NCBI RefSeq assembly: GCF_009914755.1
Contig: NC_060948.1
Direction: 5' to 3' (one strand)
DNA length: 64,000 bases
DNA from: the human T2T-CHM13v2.0 reference genome, Homo sapiens
A model generated the notes under the pieces. That model worked only from the letters and a program-made list of their open reading frames with translations, was not told where the DNA came from and did no database searches. Every line of letters starts with the position of its first letter. The stretch's first letter is position 1. Positions 42,487-56,659 of the stretch are shown piece after piece. The position numbers and the translations under genes are program-made.

Positions 42487-42780
42487 CTTTTTTTTTTTTT
42501 GAGACTGAATCTCGCTCCGCCGCCCAGGCTGGACTGCAGTGGCATGATCTTGGCTCACTGCAACCCTTGCCTCCCTGGTTCAAGCAGTTCTCCTGACTTG
42601 GCCTCCTGAGTAGCTGGGATTACAGTTGTGTATCACCATTCCTGGCTAATTTTTGTATTTCTAGTAGAGATGGGGTTTCATAATTTTGTCCAGGCTGGGA
42701 AACTCCTGACCCCAGATGATCCACCTGCCTCGGCCTCCCAAAGTGCTGGGATTAAAGGTATGAGCCATCATGTCTGGCCC
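42487..42780 (-). mobile_element. Alu (S-like)
   Basis: Poly(T) plus reverse-complement Alu. Confidence 0.88.
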
Positions 42781-43894
42781 ACAAATGTCTTTTTATACTT
42801 AATAATAACAACAATTCATAATATGTAGTTGTCTGTATTAAAGAATTTTAAAGTAATCTTAGTTAAATATTTGCATGAGTCATGTGAACTTGAATACATA
42901 TTTCTAGGATTATTAGGAGTATGTAATTCACAATAGTGCTCATTTATCTCTAAGCCAATTTGAATAGCACCTTTTTAAATGATATTAAAAATTAACTTGG
43001 TAATAACATCCAGAGTTAGAAATATATCACACACATAGCATATTTGCATAAAATATAGAGGCAAACATATTTTATAGCTCTCCTAAAATTTAGTTATGAA
43101 TGAGACAATAGAGTAATATAAAACTCACTGGTTATATCCATTTTATGTTGTATCTAAATTGTTCTTCTGGGAAATGAGACAAGGTTGTATAATCAGTAGG
43201 AGATCTAATACCTTTTGTTTGTATTGGTGAAGAAGACTTTTATGATATTATTTTGCCCTAATATTTAATCTGTTGAGCCAGAGGACTACATTTTAGGCAT
43301 AGAATACATCTAGTTGCAGTCTGGGTGTCTCCAAAGGCTGGGTAGATAAAATACTCAATCTCTTCTAATTCATTAGCCATTTTTCATTTCAACTTCAGGC
43401 CAATAACTTTTTGGAGGCTGGGGAAGATACTCAAGTCCCTCAAGAGCCTCTGATTTAGTAGGCCTAAATTTCTGTTGGCTGTACAGAGTTGAAAGGCTGA
43501 AATAGGAAGGGAAAGGTTTGTTTAGGGGTAGGTAGAAGAATGGATTATGAGAGGTTGGAAGGAGGATGTGTCAAAGGATTCAAGGAAGGTAAAGGGAAGA
43601 TTGAAGGTGATGAGAGGAGAAACAAGAAACATGAGTAATAAGAAGGAAGATGTCAAAGAGGCACCAGCATAGGAAGATGTTAAGTTTCTGAAAGATCATT
43701 AAGTTCCAAATTATCCTTGAAAAATGCATGCCAACAACAAGGATGTAGAGTTAGCAAAGCCTAAAGTCCACAAAGGTTCAAGAAGATGGGTTTTAGTTGG
43801 CTATGAGACTTCCATGGGAGAGGCAAGAATCCAAATAAAGAATAGAGAGGTATCAAAGAGATTCAATGGAGATTAGAGATAGAGACAGCAAGAT

Positions 43895-43925
<31 letters not shown>

Positions 43926-43964
43926 TAGGCAAAGATAGAGATAAACTTCCTGACAGTCTGGAAA

Positions 43965-46020
43965 GATGGGAAAATTCCCATTAAGCAAAAAGATCTCCAA
44001 CATGGGGAATCAGGAAATAATCTCTATTCAGGAAAGAGACTAGAAAAGAGAGAACCCAGCCAATGGCATCGAGGAAAACCCCACTCAGAAAGTAGCAAGG
44101 AAAAAACATCTTTAGCATAGAGAATCAGGGAAAAAATCTTACTTGAGAATAGACACCAAAGAGGACAATTCAAGCCAACAAAGTCAGAGAATGAGCCCCT
44201 CTTGGGAAGAAGGGTATACAACATAGAACCTAAAGGAACAATCTCAAACATGAAGCAAAGCTGACAAAAAAAGAGTTCCAGACGTAGAAATCAGGAAACA
44301 ATTTCCAGTCAGATTAGAGAGAAAGGCAAGAGAGACTTGTAACCCCAGGGAGTCAGGGAATAATCATAAGAAAAACGGTAACCTGGGAAAAGAAAATGTC
44401 ACCCTAGGAGACAGGGAATAATACCCAATAAAGAAAAAGAGTCAGAAATATGAAATTTCCAACTAATTTATCAGGAAATAATCCCCAGAAAATTGGAATA
44501 AACTGTAATAAGGGAAAAAAAGTTAAGAAAAACAAAACAAAATAAGAAAATGTCCATTTCCTGGAGTCAGACAGTAATCCCTAGTAAGGGAAACACTAGG
44601 AGGAAAGTACTTTCTGCACATTCAGAATAAATGCCACTCGGGAAAGACAGAGCCCATAAGAAGGAACTTTTACCTAGGAAAGTTACAATAATCATTATTT
44701 TTTTTAAAGAGCAAGTAGGAAGGATTTTAAATGAAGTCAGAGTATAATCTCCATCAGGAAATAGAGTCAGAAAGAAGAAATTTGAGCCTAAACATCAGAT
44801 AAAAATTTCACATCAGGAAAAAGAGTGAGGGATGACAAACTTCTATCCCAGCGAGCCAGGAAATAATCCTCAATCATGAAAAGACATAGAAAAACAGTCT
44901 TTTATCACAGAGCTCATTTAGTATTTACCTCAGAGAAAAGAACAAAGGAAAAGAAAGAAGTTCAGTCCAAAGATTCAGAGAATAATATTAATTTAGGACA
45001 GAGAACCAAGAAGTGACTTTGAGCTCAGAATCACATGAGAATTATTCTCACTTAGGAGAGAGAGACAATCAAGTAGTCAGAAAATTTTACCCATTAGCAA
45101 AGAGACCAGAAAGAAGAGATATCTAGCCAGAGAGTCAGAAAAGGAAGCTAATAAGTGCCAGCTCAGGTGCCAGGGAATAAATTCCATTTGGTAAGAGAGC
45201 CAGAAGGAATGTCTTTCAAAGCAAGAAGTGAGATAATAAATTTTACTCAAGGAATAGGTCTGGAAAGACATGATGTCCAATCAGGAAAATAATTTCTCTT
45301 ATGAAACAGAGCCAGGAAAAACAGGTTTTTACTCCAGGAGTCAGGAAATTTCTACACAGGAAATAGAGGCAGGATTTTTTTTTTCCTGCTAAGGAAAGAA
45401 GGCCAGAAATTTCCAAACCAGGAGTCCAGGGAAAAGTCTTCAATCAGAAAAACAAGATTAAGAAGAAGATAAGAAGAATTTTCTACCCCAGAAGGTACGG
45501 AATACCTCCCATTGAAGTAAAATAGCCAGAAAAAAGAGTACTAGCCCAGAAATCAGGGAATAATTTCTATTCAGATAAGATATAAACTAAAAAGATACTT
45601 CTATTCCATAAAGCCTGGGATTAATCACTAATAAAACAACAACGAAGAGATATGACATTTAGCACAGAGTCAGAGAATAACCCCTACTAGGTAAGGGCAG
45701 AAAAGGTAGAAGAGACTTTCACTCCAGGAGTCAGGGAACAATTCCTACCAAGAGGTGATAGTGAAAAAAGACACTTTAAGCTCACAGAGTTAGGGAATAA
45801 TCCCTACTGGGAAAACAAAGCAAAACAAAAAACATTTTATCCTATGAAGTAAGAAAATAATTCCCTACTAAGGGATATCAGGAAGTCAGGATTTCCTGAC
45901 TTAAGCCCAGTGAGGCAGAAAATAATTTCTACTAGCAGGAGAGTCAGGAAGAATAGATATCCAACCTACATGCAACGAAATGTGTTTCCTGTAAAGAAAG
46001 ACAGCCATGAAGAAGAGAGT
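43965..46020. repeat. Degenerate ~55-60-bp purine-rich minisatellite, ~30+ copies
   Basis: Recurring gagtcagggaataat(c/t)cc..aggaaagagagccagaaagaagagacttt motif, e.g. 44292, 44354, 44412, 44473, 45554, 45671, 45732, 45791. Confidence 0.75.
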
Positions 46021-47410
46021 TTCAGATCACTATCAGGGCCTTGCCTCTTCACATGACCTTTCACTCCACATAGGAAACAATTTTGGTTTCTCTCCCTTTT
46101 CACTTTAGGAGGTGTTAATGCCATAGCTAATATTCTGGCCTTGTTTGTCTCAGTTCCTACCAGGTGACACACTTACATCAGCTCCCTGAAGGTGCTTGCC
46201 TTTCCTTTGTTTGCCTGCATTGCCTGCTGGCAATCCACATTAGCATTTTCAAAAGGCAATTGCAACAATAAGACAGGAGTGGGCTGGGTGTGACTAATTT
46301 ACCTCTTAATTGCCAGAGTTAACCAATCCATAAACTCAACAAATGGCTCCTGAGGCCCTTGTCAAACATTTACAAAAGGTCCCTGCTGAACTCTGCTCTT
46401 GGGAATTCAGTCCCAAGCTCTGAAAGCACACAAAGACACTTGAGGATAGGCCTGGGGATCAAAATTTAGTTGTTGTACATCAGCATGAGGACACCTCCAC
46501 TGCAGCTTATCCACTCTTATATTTTTCCAGGCCACCTGATTCTGGTTGGCTTGTTGTTTGCACAGCTCATCATATTCTGCCTTCCAGAGGAGGTATGGGT
46601 TAGGCTCCAGAGTTGCTTTAGCCAGCGTTGACCAGTCCCATTGGGCCATACAGAAGTGGTCGGCTAAGACCTCAATCATTCCTTTTGTAAATGGTCTAGC
46701 GGCTCTGTTTTATTTAATGCTTTTTCTTAGTTCTTTGTAAGTGTGAAAGCAAATGGGTTCATGCACTTGATGACCATGTCGGTCTGCATTACTGGACAGG
46801 CTAAGAGCTCTCCTTCTAATGCTGCTTGTTTAAGACAAGGTCCCATAGCTGAATTATATTTTGTACCTTTTTTTCTACTTATAGTAAGAGGGGGCTCAAG
46901 CAAACCCTCCGTTTCCTCTTTGCTATTTTGGCCCAGTGATAGTGGTACTGAGGAAAAGGTGGTGAGAAGGCAGGTGATGTTTCTCCCTCCTTCTCCTTTT
47001 TAGGCTCTTCTGTGTATAATGGGACTAAAGCCGTTCTTAGTAAAATCCACCGTGTTAAAGCTGATGCTGGGACCTGATGCCCCTGTGCATAATATTGTTT
47101 AAGATTTCTCCCTACTTGTTCCCAGAGTTCTGCGTCTAGTGTTCCTTCTTCTGGGACCATGGATTACATGAGACCACAGTTTACATTAATTTCCTTAATT
47201 GAACCTGGGAAACGGAATCTCTGCTAGCCTTAAGTAACTGTTTTAATATTTTATATACTGTTTCTCAGGTGCTGATAACTGTTGTTCCATAATGAAAACT
47301 CAGCTTGAACCAACTTCCCCCAGAGCTTGGTGACCTTGAGTGCAAATCAATGACTTAATGATTACTCACTGAGTTTACCGCGCGGTTCCTTTCTTCACCT
47401 TCTTTTTCGG
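46020..47410 (-). mobile_element. Betaretrovirus-like HERV-K(HML) gag pseudogene fragment (HML-5/HERVK22-like)
   Basis: ATG 47290 MEQQLSAPEKQYIKILKQLLKAS; MA motif NPW.PEEGTLD..LWEQVG; CA-like segment; zinc-knuckle-like CFLCGVKGHVKRQ. Stops and frameshifts; no LTRs. Subgroup from memory. Confidence 0.8.
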
Positions 47411-47412
47411 GA

Positions 47413-48233
47413 GTCCAAGTCTTTGCTACTGTGAATAGTGCCACAATAAACATACGTGTGCATGTGTCTTTATTGTAGAATGATTTATAATCCTTTGGTA
47501 GATGCCCAGTAATGAGGTTGCTGGGTCAAATGGTATTTCCAGTTCTAGATCTTTGAGGAATCACCACACTGTCTTCCACAATGGTTGAACTAATTTACAC
47601 TCCCACCGAGATCATAAAAGCATTCTTATTTTTCCACAGGCTCTCCAGGATCTGTTGTTTCCTGACTTTTTAATGATTGCCATTAAAACTGGAGTGAGAT
47701 GGTATCTCATTTTGGTTTTGATTTGCATTTCTCTAATGACCAGTGATGATGAGCATTTTTTCATATGTCTGTTGGCTGCATAAATTTCTTCGAGTAGTGA
47801 CTGTTCATATCCTTTGCCCATTTTTTGATGGGGTTGTTTGTTTTATTCTTGTAAATTGGTTTAAGTTCTTTGTATATTCTAGATATCAGCCCTTTGTCAG
47901 ATGGATAGAGTGCAAAAATTTTCCGCCATTCTATAGGTTGGCTCTTCACTCTGAAGATAGTTGCTTTTGCTTTTCAGTAGCTCTCTAGTTTAATTAGATT
48001 CCATTTGTCAATTTTGTCTTTTGTTGCCATTGCTTTTGGTGTTTTGGACATGAATTCTTTGCCCATGCCTATGTCCTGAATAGTATTGCCCAGATTTTCT
48101 TCTAGGATTTTAATGGTCCTAAGTCTTACATTTAAGTCTTTGATCCATCTTGAGTTGATTTTTGTAAATGGTGTAAGGAAGGTATCCAGTTTCAGTTTTC
48201 TGCATATGGCTAGGCAGTTTTCTCAACATCATT
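47413..48233 (-). mobile_element. L1PA ORF2 fragment
   Basis: ORF2 peptides [23 protein letters not shown] and [16 protein letters not shown]. Confidence 0.9.
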
Positions 48234-50764
48234 TTTGTACTTCTTAAGAGTATATTTAAAAATTCTTTGTCATGATTAAAATTTATTTCTTTTAGAAGGA
48301 GAAGCAAGCTAGTAGCATTTTAGATATAATACACACTGAGCTGTTTTCTTTTTTCACAGGAATTGTCTTTATTCAAAATTTCCACTAGTTTTAATATTGA
48401 TCAAAGTAAACAAATTATAATTAAAAAAAAAGTTTTCCTACCATTCCAGAGTAGTATTTGCTAAATAAATTCTCCCTTAAAACAATTTGCATTGGCTAAA
48501 CTTAATTTTGTCTCAACTAAAGGCTATAAAAACCCTGTAAGAAAATATTTAGTACCATGTAATTAAGGGAATTAGCATCACATATTCAGGTACTCAACAA
48601 TTATTATGTTTTTACAAACATGAAAGAAAAAGATAACAACTATGACTCTTATCATATCACTACAGTCTGTGATTTTTCTTCCTTTTTTCATTTATTTATA
48701 TTTGTCATGGGTTTAGTTGTAGGTGTCTGCATTTCTCTGTATGGCTCTGAAAGATTAATATATGGTTCTGTAATTATATATTCATTTTACCTTTGAAAAG
48801 GTGAACAGCGTATCATGATATATTTCCTATTAATATACCTACCTCAGAATACACATAACTTTTGAACCTATAAAACTTTTGTATTTGGTTAAAAACTAGA
48901 TAATGTTAAACAGTATTTATTTACAAAACATGTCTAATTTATAATGGGAGTAGGATAAGAAAAGATATTTTACTTTGGGTTTGACAATATTATGGCCCTG
49001 ATGGTTACTCATAGATGACAGATTTTATCTTAGAAGTGGGTATTTGCTAACTAGAGTTGAAAGCATTATGGTGTTGGCATGCTCCCAGATTACCACTTGA
49101 GATGCATTGCTGGCTGACCTACAGAGCAGCTTTGATTGTGGTTTTGCCCAGTCAGACTCCTGCTATCCTGGCTGCAAGGTTTGTTTTCTTTTGTCTGTAG
49201 TCAGAGGGGAAGTGATGCTTGATTTTCTACTTGCCTCTGAACTTTAAAGCTTCATTTTGCCCCAGGAAAGAGGAGAATATCTTAAACATGAAGTATTTCA
49301 CTTAGCTTTATTTAAGTGGGAAAAAATAAAATGAAATAAAATAAAACAATCCTTGCTAGGTTCTTGTTCATATTCCATCTCTTAACCGCTGGATGAAAAG
49401 TCATTTTAAAATTTTTTGATGACCTCTGAATCAAAGTAACAATGTAAGCAATGTTTCCAAACCTGGAAACTAAGGAAGGACTTGCACAGAAGAAAGTAAG
49501 ACAGAAAGAGAAAATATGAACGTTCTGAGGTTACCATGAAATCGGTTCTAAGTTCCTTTGCCTGAAAGTCAAGTCCCTTCTGCAATTCGTTGGAGTTTTA
49601 TTCTCCTTTCAGGGCTCAGCTCATGTCACACTTTCTCTCTAATCTTCTGCACCTTTTCCTTACATTACTTTATTTTCTCTGGTATGAAGAAAATAATTCA
49701 GAGGAAAATAAAATATTGAGTAGATTTTGCAATGAAATATTTTAATTGCAGAATAGTATAGAAAACAAGGAATGCTAGGATAAAAATTTTGTGTGTAAGC
49801 TTATCGAGAAATTTGAATGAATGTCAGTTTAAGGAGAGTTTAGACTTTAAAAGTGTCATTAAAAGTATGCTTTCATATCATGCTTGTGTTTGACATAAAA
49901 ATACATATTTTTTATATCAGATAAGGTAGTTTTCATATATTGTGCATCAACCTATCGATCTCCAATTTCCAAATGTGCAGTACATGCTCAACAAACTGTG
50001 GAACAGAATGAGGAACGAGGAACATTAACTGAACTATTTAGAAAATTGGCATACTAAAGTTCATACTAAAACATGAATGCATTCTATTTATTTAAGTAAT
50101 AATTTCAGATAATCCCATTCATCTTAGATACAACACTTAATTAGTTCAGTAATAAAATTTTTGGTGATAGCATATTATTTTACTAAATATATGCTTTAGA
50201 ATGTACAAATAGTTTCTGTCCAAGTTTATCCTTATGAAAACCATAGTAGTGAAAGCATTCTTATGTGCAGTTTTCTTTTTATGATGTTCCAAAAAGAGGA
50301 CATATTAATAGTACACATTATAAACATTAGCTGACTGAATTTTTAAAAGATTAAATAAAGAAACACTAAGACAAGTATTAAAATTTTATAAACAATTATT
50401 ACTTATCCTTCATTAGTTAGCAACAACATTGATAAGTTAAAAGGTAGCATTTTTACCAGGTCAGAGGGTGCTTGAGTACTCACTGGATTTATTAATGTGA
50501 AACAATGCTGAAGTAAACCTTAAGAACATGTACACGTTTTATGTACACAAAAGATAGTGGTAACCTACTTAGAAATTGTTTGACATTTCTACTTGGATGG
50601 GCCCTTTCATCCCTGTAAGAATGTAGGGCAGGTGAAATTCTCCTGGGATGTTGTGAGAATAGTCTTTTGTGCAGATTGGTTCAGGTTTTTAGATTTTTTA
50701 GTTTCTCAGGTGGCTCATTTATCTCAGTCGTTATGTTTTATCTGTAGTGGTTGGTCTGGGGTGG

Positions 50765-51234
50765 ACATTCCCAAACTTTCTGGCACCAGGGACTGGTTTC
50801 ATGGAAGACAATTTTTCCACAGATAATGGGTGGGGAGGTGATGGTTTCAGGATGATTCAAGCACATTACATTTATTGTGTACTGTTATTTCTATTATTAC
50901 AACATTGTAATATATAATTAAACAATTATATAACTCACCATAATGTAGAATCCGTGGGAGGCCTGAACTTGTTTTCCATCCCGGGGTGATGGCAGACAGT
51001 GACAGATCATCAGGCATTAGATAATCATAAGAGTGCACAATCTAGATCCCTCGCATAGACAGTTCACCACGGGGTATGATAATCTAATGTTACTTCTGAT
51101 CTGACAGGAGGTGGGGCTAAGGCAGTAATGCAAGCGATGAGGAGTGGCTGTAAATACAGATGAAGCTTTGCTGGCCTGCCAGCCACTCACCTCTTGCTGT
51201 GCAGCCAGTTCCTAACAGATCATGCGCTGGTACC
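50765..51234 (+). mobile_element. MER1A DNA transposon (ends clipped)
   Basis: tggcaccagggactggtttcatggaagacaatttttccac...gttcctaacag. Confidence 0.85.
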
Positions 51235-52224
51235 TGAATGAGTGTTTAGAATCATCAACGTCTTTAAAGTGGTTAGCATATCCAGAACAAACAGTGTGTC
51301 CAGGTAAGAAGGGGCTACCTATGGGGAGTGATTAGCCACTCCTGTAGGTCAGTCTATTAAGGCTGTTTGATGTATTTTACAGTATTTATCAAGACAGTGC
51401 TTAGTGAATAAATATGCAATAAATGATAATCATATATTCAAAATTAGTGTTTCCCACATGTTTCAGCTGGGTTTGTTTTCATGTGATCATATCGTTTCTT
51501 CATGGAGTAGTCATAAGAATACTCAGTTGAATGCTCAGTTGAACCTTGGAGGAAACATGCATCACTATTTATATAGCAAAAATAACTGAAGTAAATTGTT
51601 TGTTTAGTGTCTCCTGGCTCTGCTAAAGTCACCAGAATAATTGCAGCTTAAAAGTTTATCATAGAGAGTATATATTTGAATCTAAGCATATTTATGAACA
51701 ATGAAAATGTCTGCATAATTAATAACAGTAATATAAAAGTTTGTGGGAATTTGCTGGAAATCAAATGTCAAAGGTAGACTCGGAGACTAAGTCATTTAGA
51801 AAAGAAAATAAATTCATTTGCAGAAAATTATTAATTGGAGTTCAGATTTTAACAGAACTTGCTCTAAAATTAAAAAAATGGCTAGATATTTAATTTATCA
51901 AATTTGTAATGTTCATGATAGACAATAACTTCTTTGAATTGCCAAATTAGATGATATTCTCCCATTTCTATATATCAACATTTCAAAGGCCAAGATAAAG
52001 TTATTTTTGTTAGGGAGTCAGTAACTTACAGAAAAGCTCAGGGTTTTATTTAATTTTTGGACTAGAACTAGACAGAATGAGTCTGTTTTGGTTGTTGTTG
52101 TTGTTGTCATTGTGGTTTACCTTAAGGAAAATGAAGCATTTAAAAATTTTTTCCTTGTGTGGAATATGATGTAAACCCTTATTGCTTTAAATGGAGTAGG
52201 GTAAGGTGATACAGTATTACCCTA

Positions 52225-54028
52225 TGAGAGGTGACAGCGTGCTGGCAGCTCTCGCAGCCCTCGCTCTAGGTGCTTCCTTGGCCTCCACGCCCACTCTGGC
52301 TGCACTTCAAGAGCCCTTCAGCCGGCCGCTGCACTGTGGGAGTACCTCTCTGGGCTGGCCAAGGCCGGAGCTGGCTCCCTCAGCTTGCAGGTAGGTGTGG
52401 CGGGAGAGGCGCCTGTGGGAACTGGGGCTGTGCGCCGCCCTTGCAGGCCAGCAGGAGTTCTGGGTCGGCGTGGGCTTGGCAGACCCTGCAGTCAGAGGGG
52501 CTGGCCGGTGCTGCTGGCCCCAGGCCAGCAGCTGGGTTTAGCACCTGGGCCAGCAGCTGCGGAGGGTTCACCAGGTCCCCCAGCAGTGCCAGCCAACCAG
52601 CTCTGCGCTGGAATTCTCGCTGGGCCTCAGCTGCCTCCCTGCAAGGCAGGGCTCCGGACCTGCAGCCCGCTATGTCTGAGCCTCCCCTGGCCCCGCTGTG
52701 GGCTCCTGAGCTGCCCAAGCCTCCCAAATGAGCACCACAAGCGCCGCTCCCTGCGCCATGGCAGCTGGTCCCATCTACCGCCCAAGGGCTGAGGAGTGCA
52801 GGCACACAGGGGACTGGCAGGCAGCTCCACTTGCGGCCGGGTGTGGGATCCACTAGGTGAAGCCAGCTGGGTGCCTGAGTCTAGTGTAGGCTTGGAGAAC
52901 TTTTATGTCTAGCTGGAGAATTGTCTATGCACCAATCAGCACCCTGTGTCTAGCTCAAGGTTTGTAAATGCACCAATCAGCACTCTATATCTAGGTAATA
53001 TGGTGAGGACTTGAAGAACCTTTATGTCTAGCTAAGGGATTGTAGATATCCCAATCAGCACTCTGTGTTTACTTCAAGGTTTGTAAATTCACCAGTCAGG
53101 ACTCTGTATTTAGCTAATCTGGTGGGGACTTGGAGAACATTTATGTCTACCTAAGGGATTGTAAATACACCAGTCAGCACTCTGTCTAGCTCAAGGTTTG
53201 TAAACACACCAGTCAGCACCCTGTGTCTAGCTCAAGGTTTGTAAATGCACCAATCAGTGCTCTTGTGTCTAGCTAATCTAGTGGGGACTTGGAGAACTTT
53301 TATGTCTAGCTAAGGGATTGTAAATACACCAATCAGCACTCTGTGTCTAGCTGAAGGTTTGCAAATACAACAATCAGCACCCTGTGTCTAGCTCAAGGTT
53401 TGTATATGAACCAGTCAGTGCTCTGTGTCTAGCTAACCTAGTGGGGACTTGGAGAACTTTTGTGTCTAGCTCAGGGATTGTAAACGCACCAATCAGCACC
53501 CTGTCAAAATGGACCAATCAGCTCTCTGTAAAATGGACCAATCAGCTCTCTGCAAAATGGACCAATCAGCAGGATGTGGGTGGGGCCAGATAATGGAATA
53601 AAAGCAGGCTGTGGGCACCAGCAGTGCCCTTTCCAGAGGGGGGAAAGTGTGTTTTTTTTGTCTTTGCAATGAATCTTGCTGCAGCCAACTCTTTGGGTCG
53701 ACACTGCCTTTATGAGTTGTAACACTCACTTCAAAGGTCTGCAGCTTCTCTCCTAAGGGCATGGAGAACACGAAACCACCAGGAGGAACGAACAACTCCA
53801 GATGCACTGCCTTAAGAGCTGTAACATTCAGTGTGAAGGTTTGCAGCTTTACTTCTGAAGCCAGCTAGACCACAAACCCACCAGAAAGAAGAAACTCCAA
53901 ACACATCTGAACATCAGAAGGAACAAACTCCGGACACGCTGCCTTTAACAACTATGACACTCACCACGAGGGTCTGCGACTTCATTCTCGAAGTCAGTGA
54001 GACCAAGAACCCACCAATTCCGGACACA
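52225..54028 (+). mobile_element. Solo LTR12 (ERV9) LTR, ~1.8 kb
   Basis: Starts tgagaggtgacagcgtgctggcag, ends ccaattccggacaca; 4-bp TSD ccta/ctta; tandem caccaatcagcac U3 repeats; GATA at 53589 and AATAAA TATA-like box at 53597. Confidence 0.95.
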
Positions 54029-54639
54029 CTTAACAGACATTGTGCTAGGCACTTTATTCACTTATCTGTAATAAGACCGTGATGTTCACAGGGCACTATT
54101 TACTCATTGAATTTTAGAATTACACTAGAGGTGGAGTTTAACTTCCGTTAGTAATACATTAGGCTTAGTAAATAATTTAGTGAGCCCCTTGAGAATGATC
54201 TAAGATGTGAGCACCTAATTGTACCAGATGTATGGTCAATATTATTTCCTGTTGGAGACTCACGATGAGATTACAGAGAAATTAGAAACTAATTAAACAT
54301 ACAGGACCAAAGTTTTCATTCCCTAGTTCAAACTCACTTGTAAATTTTACTTTAAGATGCAGAAATAATTTCTTGCTTTGAAGAATCTGTTTCTCTCTCT
54401 TTCCTTCTCTTTCAGTTTCTCTGTTTCCCTCTCTTGTTTCTCTATTTGCCTCTCTCTCTCCCTGCCGCCCCCACTCTTTATGTTATATGCTAGCAAAAGG
54501 ATGACACAAAGATCGATGTTCTCTAAAACAGATATTGCCTGTTTGAAGAGCTAAGAACAGCCCAATCAAAAAATAAACTAACACTGATTTTTCAAAAAGC
54601 CATACATAGCATCAGTGATGAGGACATCTTTTTTTTAAT

Positions 54640-54934
54640 TTGTTTTGTGTTTGAGACAGAGTCTTGCTGTGTCTCCCAGGCTAGAGTGGAGTGGTGCAGT
54701 CTTGGCTAACTGTAAGCTCTGCCTCCTGGATTCGCGCCATTCTCCTGCCTCAGCCTCCCGTGTAGCTGGGACTACAGGAGCCTGCCACCACACCTGGCTA
54801 ATTGTTTGTATTTTTAGTAGAGATGGGGTTTCACCGTGTTAGCCAGGATGGTCTCGATCTCCTGACATCGTGATCTGCCTGCCTCAGCCTCCCAAAGTGC
54901 TGGGATTACAGGCATGAGTCACTGCACCTGGCCG
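54640..54934 (-). mobile_element. AluY-like
   Basis: Alu consensus; TSD gacatctt. Confidence 0.88.
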
Positions 54935-55192
54935 AAGACATCTTGTTTTTGTTATTACGGCTGTTTCATTCAAGAAACTGAAAGTTAGGACAAGATTTAT
55001 TTCCACGTATATAGGTAAGAGCTGCTCAACACAATCAATGGATGTCTACACTAATTTGAATGAAAAACGCAGGACTCCATTTAAATGGAAATATGGTAGT
55101 TTAAAATAAAAAAAGCTGAAGTTTTAAGCATTCCAATTCACAATGTGAATTGAGTCTTTTTTATATAAAATGAGATAATGTAAGCAAGACAC

Positions 55193-55325
55193 TTCTGTTT
55201 TAATTGTTATTGCTATTGAGGTTATCATCCCTGTTCTTGTTAATGTTACTTTTAATTTTCTGTTTTAATTGTTATTGCTACTGAGGTCATCACTGTTCTT
55301 GTTAATATTGCCTACTTTTAATTTT
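55193..55325. repeat. Two-copy ~65-bp tandem duplication
   Basis: ttctgttttaattgttattgcta(t/c)tgaggt... at 55193 and 55258. Confidence 0.85.
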
Positions 55326-56659
55326 CCTGTATAGGCTTTAGTCTAACACTTTTGTACCAAATGCTTGCTTGGCAAAACTATTTTTTTTTTAGGTAAAGAG
55401 TATAAAAGTTAGTGTATCAATAATGCTGCATAATTACCCTTAACGAAACTTGGTGGCATTTTCTAGTAAGCATGTATTTTTTGCCTTTGTAATTGCAGAT
55501 AAAGAGGGATTTTTTTACTCTTCTAAGCTTAGTTGGACTTGGTTTTGTCTCAGTAGAGTCTGATGTGTTCTCTTTAAACCTGCAGCTAAGTTATTTTCTA
55601 CTTGTAAAGAAGAGCAGGAAGGCCAAAGGATAAGTTCAATTGCCAAACACATTTCAAGACCTTCCTTGTTTCGCATGTCTGAGCATTCCATTGGCCCCTA
55701 ACAGGAAACAAGCAACAGGAAAGCAGAAATTTGCCATGGAAAGTATGAATATATGCTAAGCAATAGGACTATTAATTTTAAATAATAAGCTGTTAGGTGA
55801 TTTTTATTCTGTGAACAATTAGATTGCAGGTGACTTGTACATGTTAGCTTTATACTAGAAATCCATACCCAGAAAGCTTTCTCACTTGCTCCTGATTTTA
55901 GAGGTGTTCAGTTGTCACATCTTTTTCTCACTTCCACTGGCTGTATTCCTCCACTCTTCTAACCATTCTCCTACTTATTTTAGAATCAAAGTGAATTATG
56001 TCTTGCCTGTCAGAATTTATTAATCTTGGATCCTGCAATTATAAAGATTGTTACATATCTTTCTAGTTCTTTTGGCATTATTATTATGGGAAAATGTATA
56101 CCTTTTTGAAAATTACTAAAGTGAAATAATTTTATAACATAATCCATTTTACAATAAGAAATGCCCTCTCTCAAACACACACACACACTGAAATATTCTG
56201 CGTGGCAAATTTATTATAATTCAAGTTAACATGAAATATTAAATTTAATTTACATGGTTAGTAGGGATTATGGTTTGTTAAATACAAGGTAAGCAGATAT
56301 GTTAACTTTTTTTTCTTTTTGTCACAAAATTGCCAAATGTTCCAAAGTATTAATACACATTATCATATATCTGAGATTCCATATGACAAATTTTGACATT
56401 AGTTCATCTTTTGATCCAAAAATTTCTTCCTATTTTAATAAGATACACACTGGAACTTTATCTGTTCTGCACCTTTTTAAGACTCCTTTTAATAACAAAC
56501 TAAAAATTAAAATGTATAATTAACATTATTGCTGGTATAGTCTCAATTTTATAAATAGGTGTTCTGTTCTTTAAACGATGATGTATGATACACAGGGAAC
56601 AGGATATCCTGGAGCTTTTATTTTATCTTATATATAGATATATATATCTATATATAACA

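Noticed and set aside
52206-53807. ORFs and tandem repeats in the 52-54 kb region
   Set aside because: All lie within LTR12; the repeats are its known U3 enhancer array.
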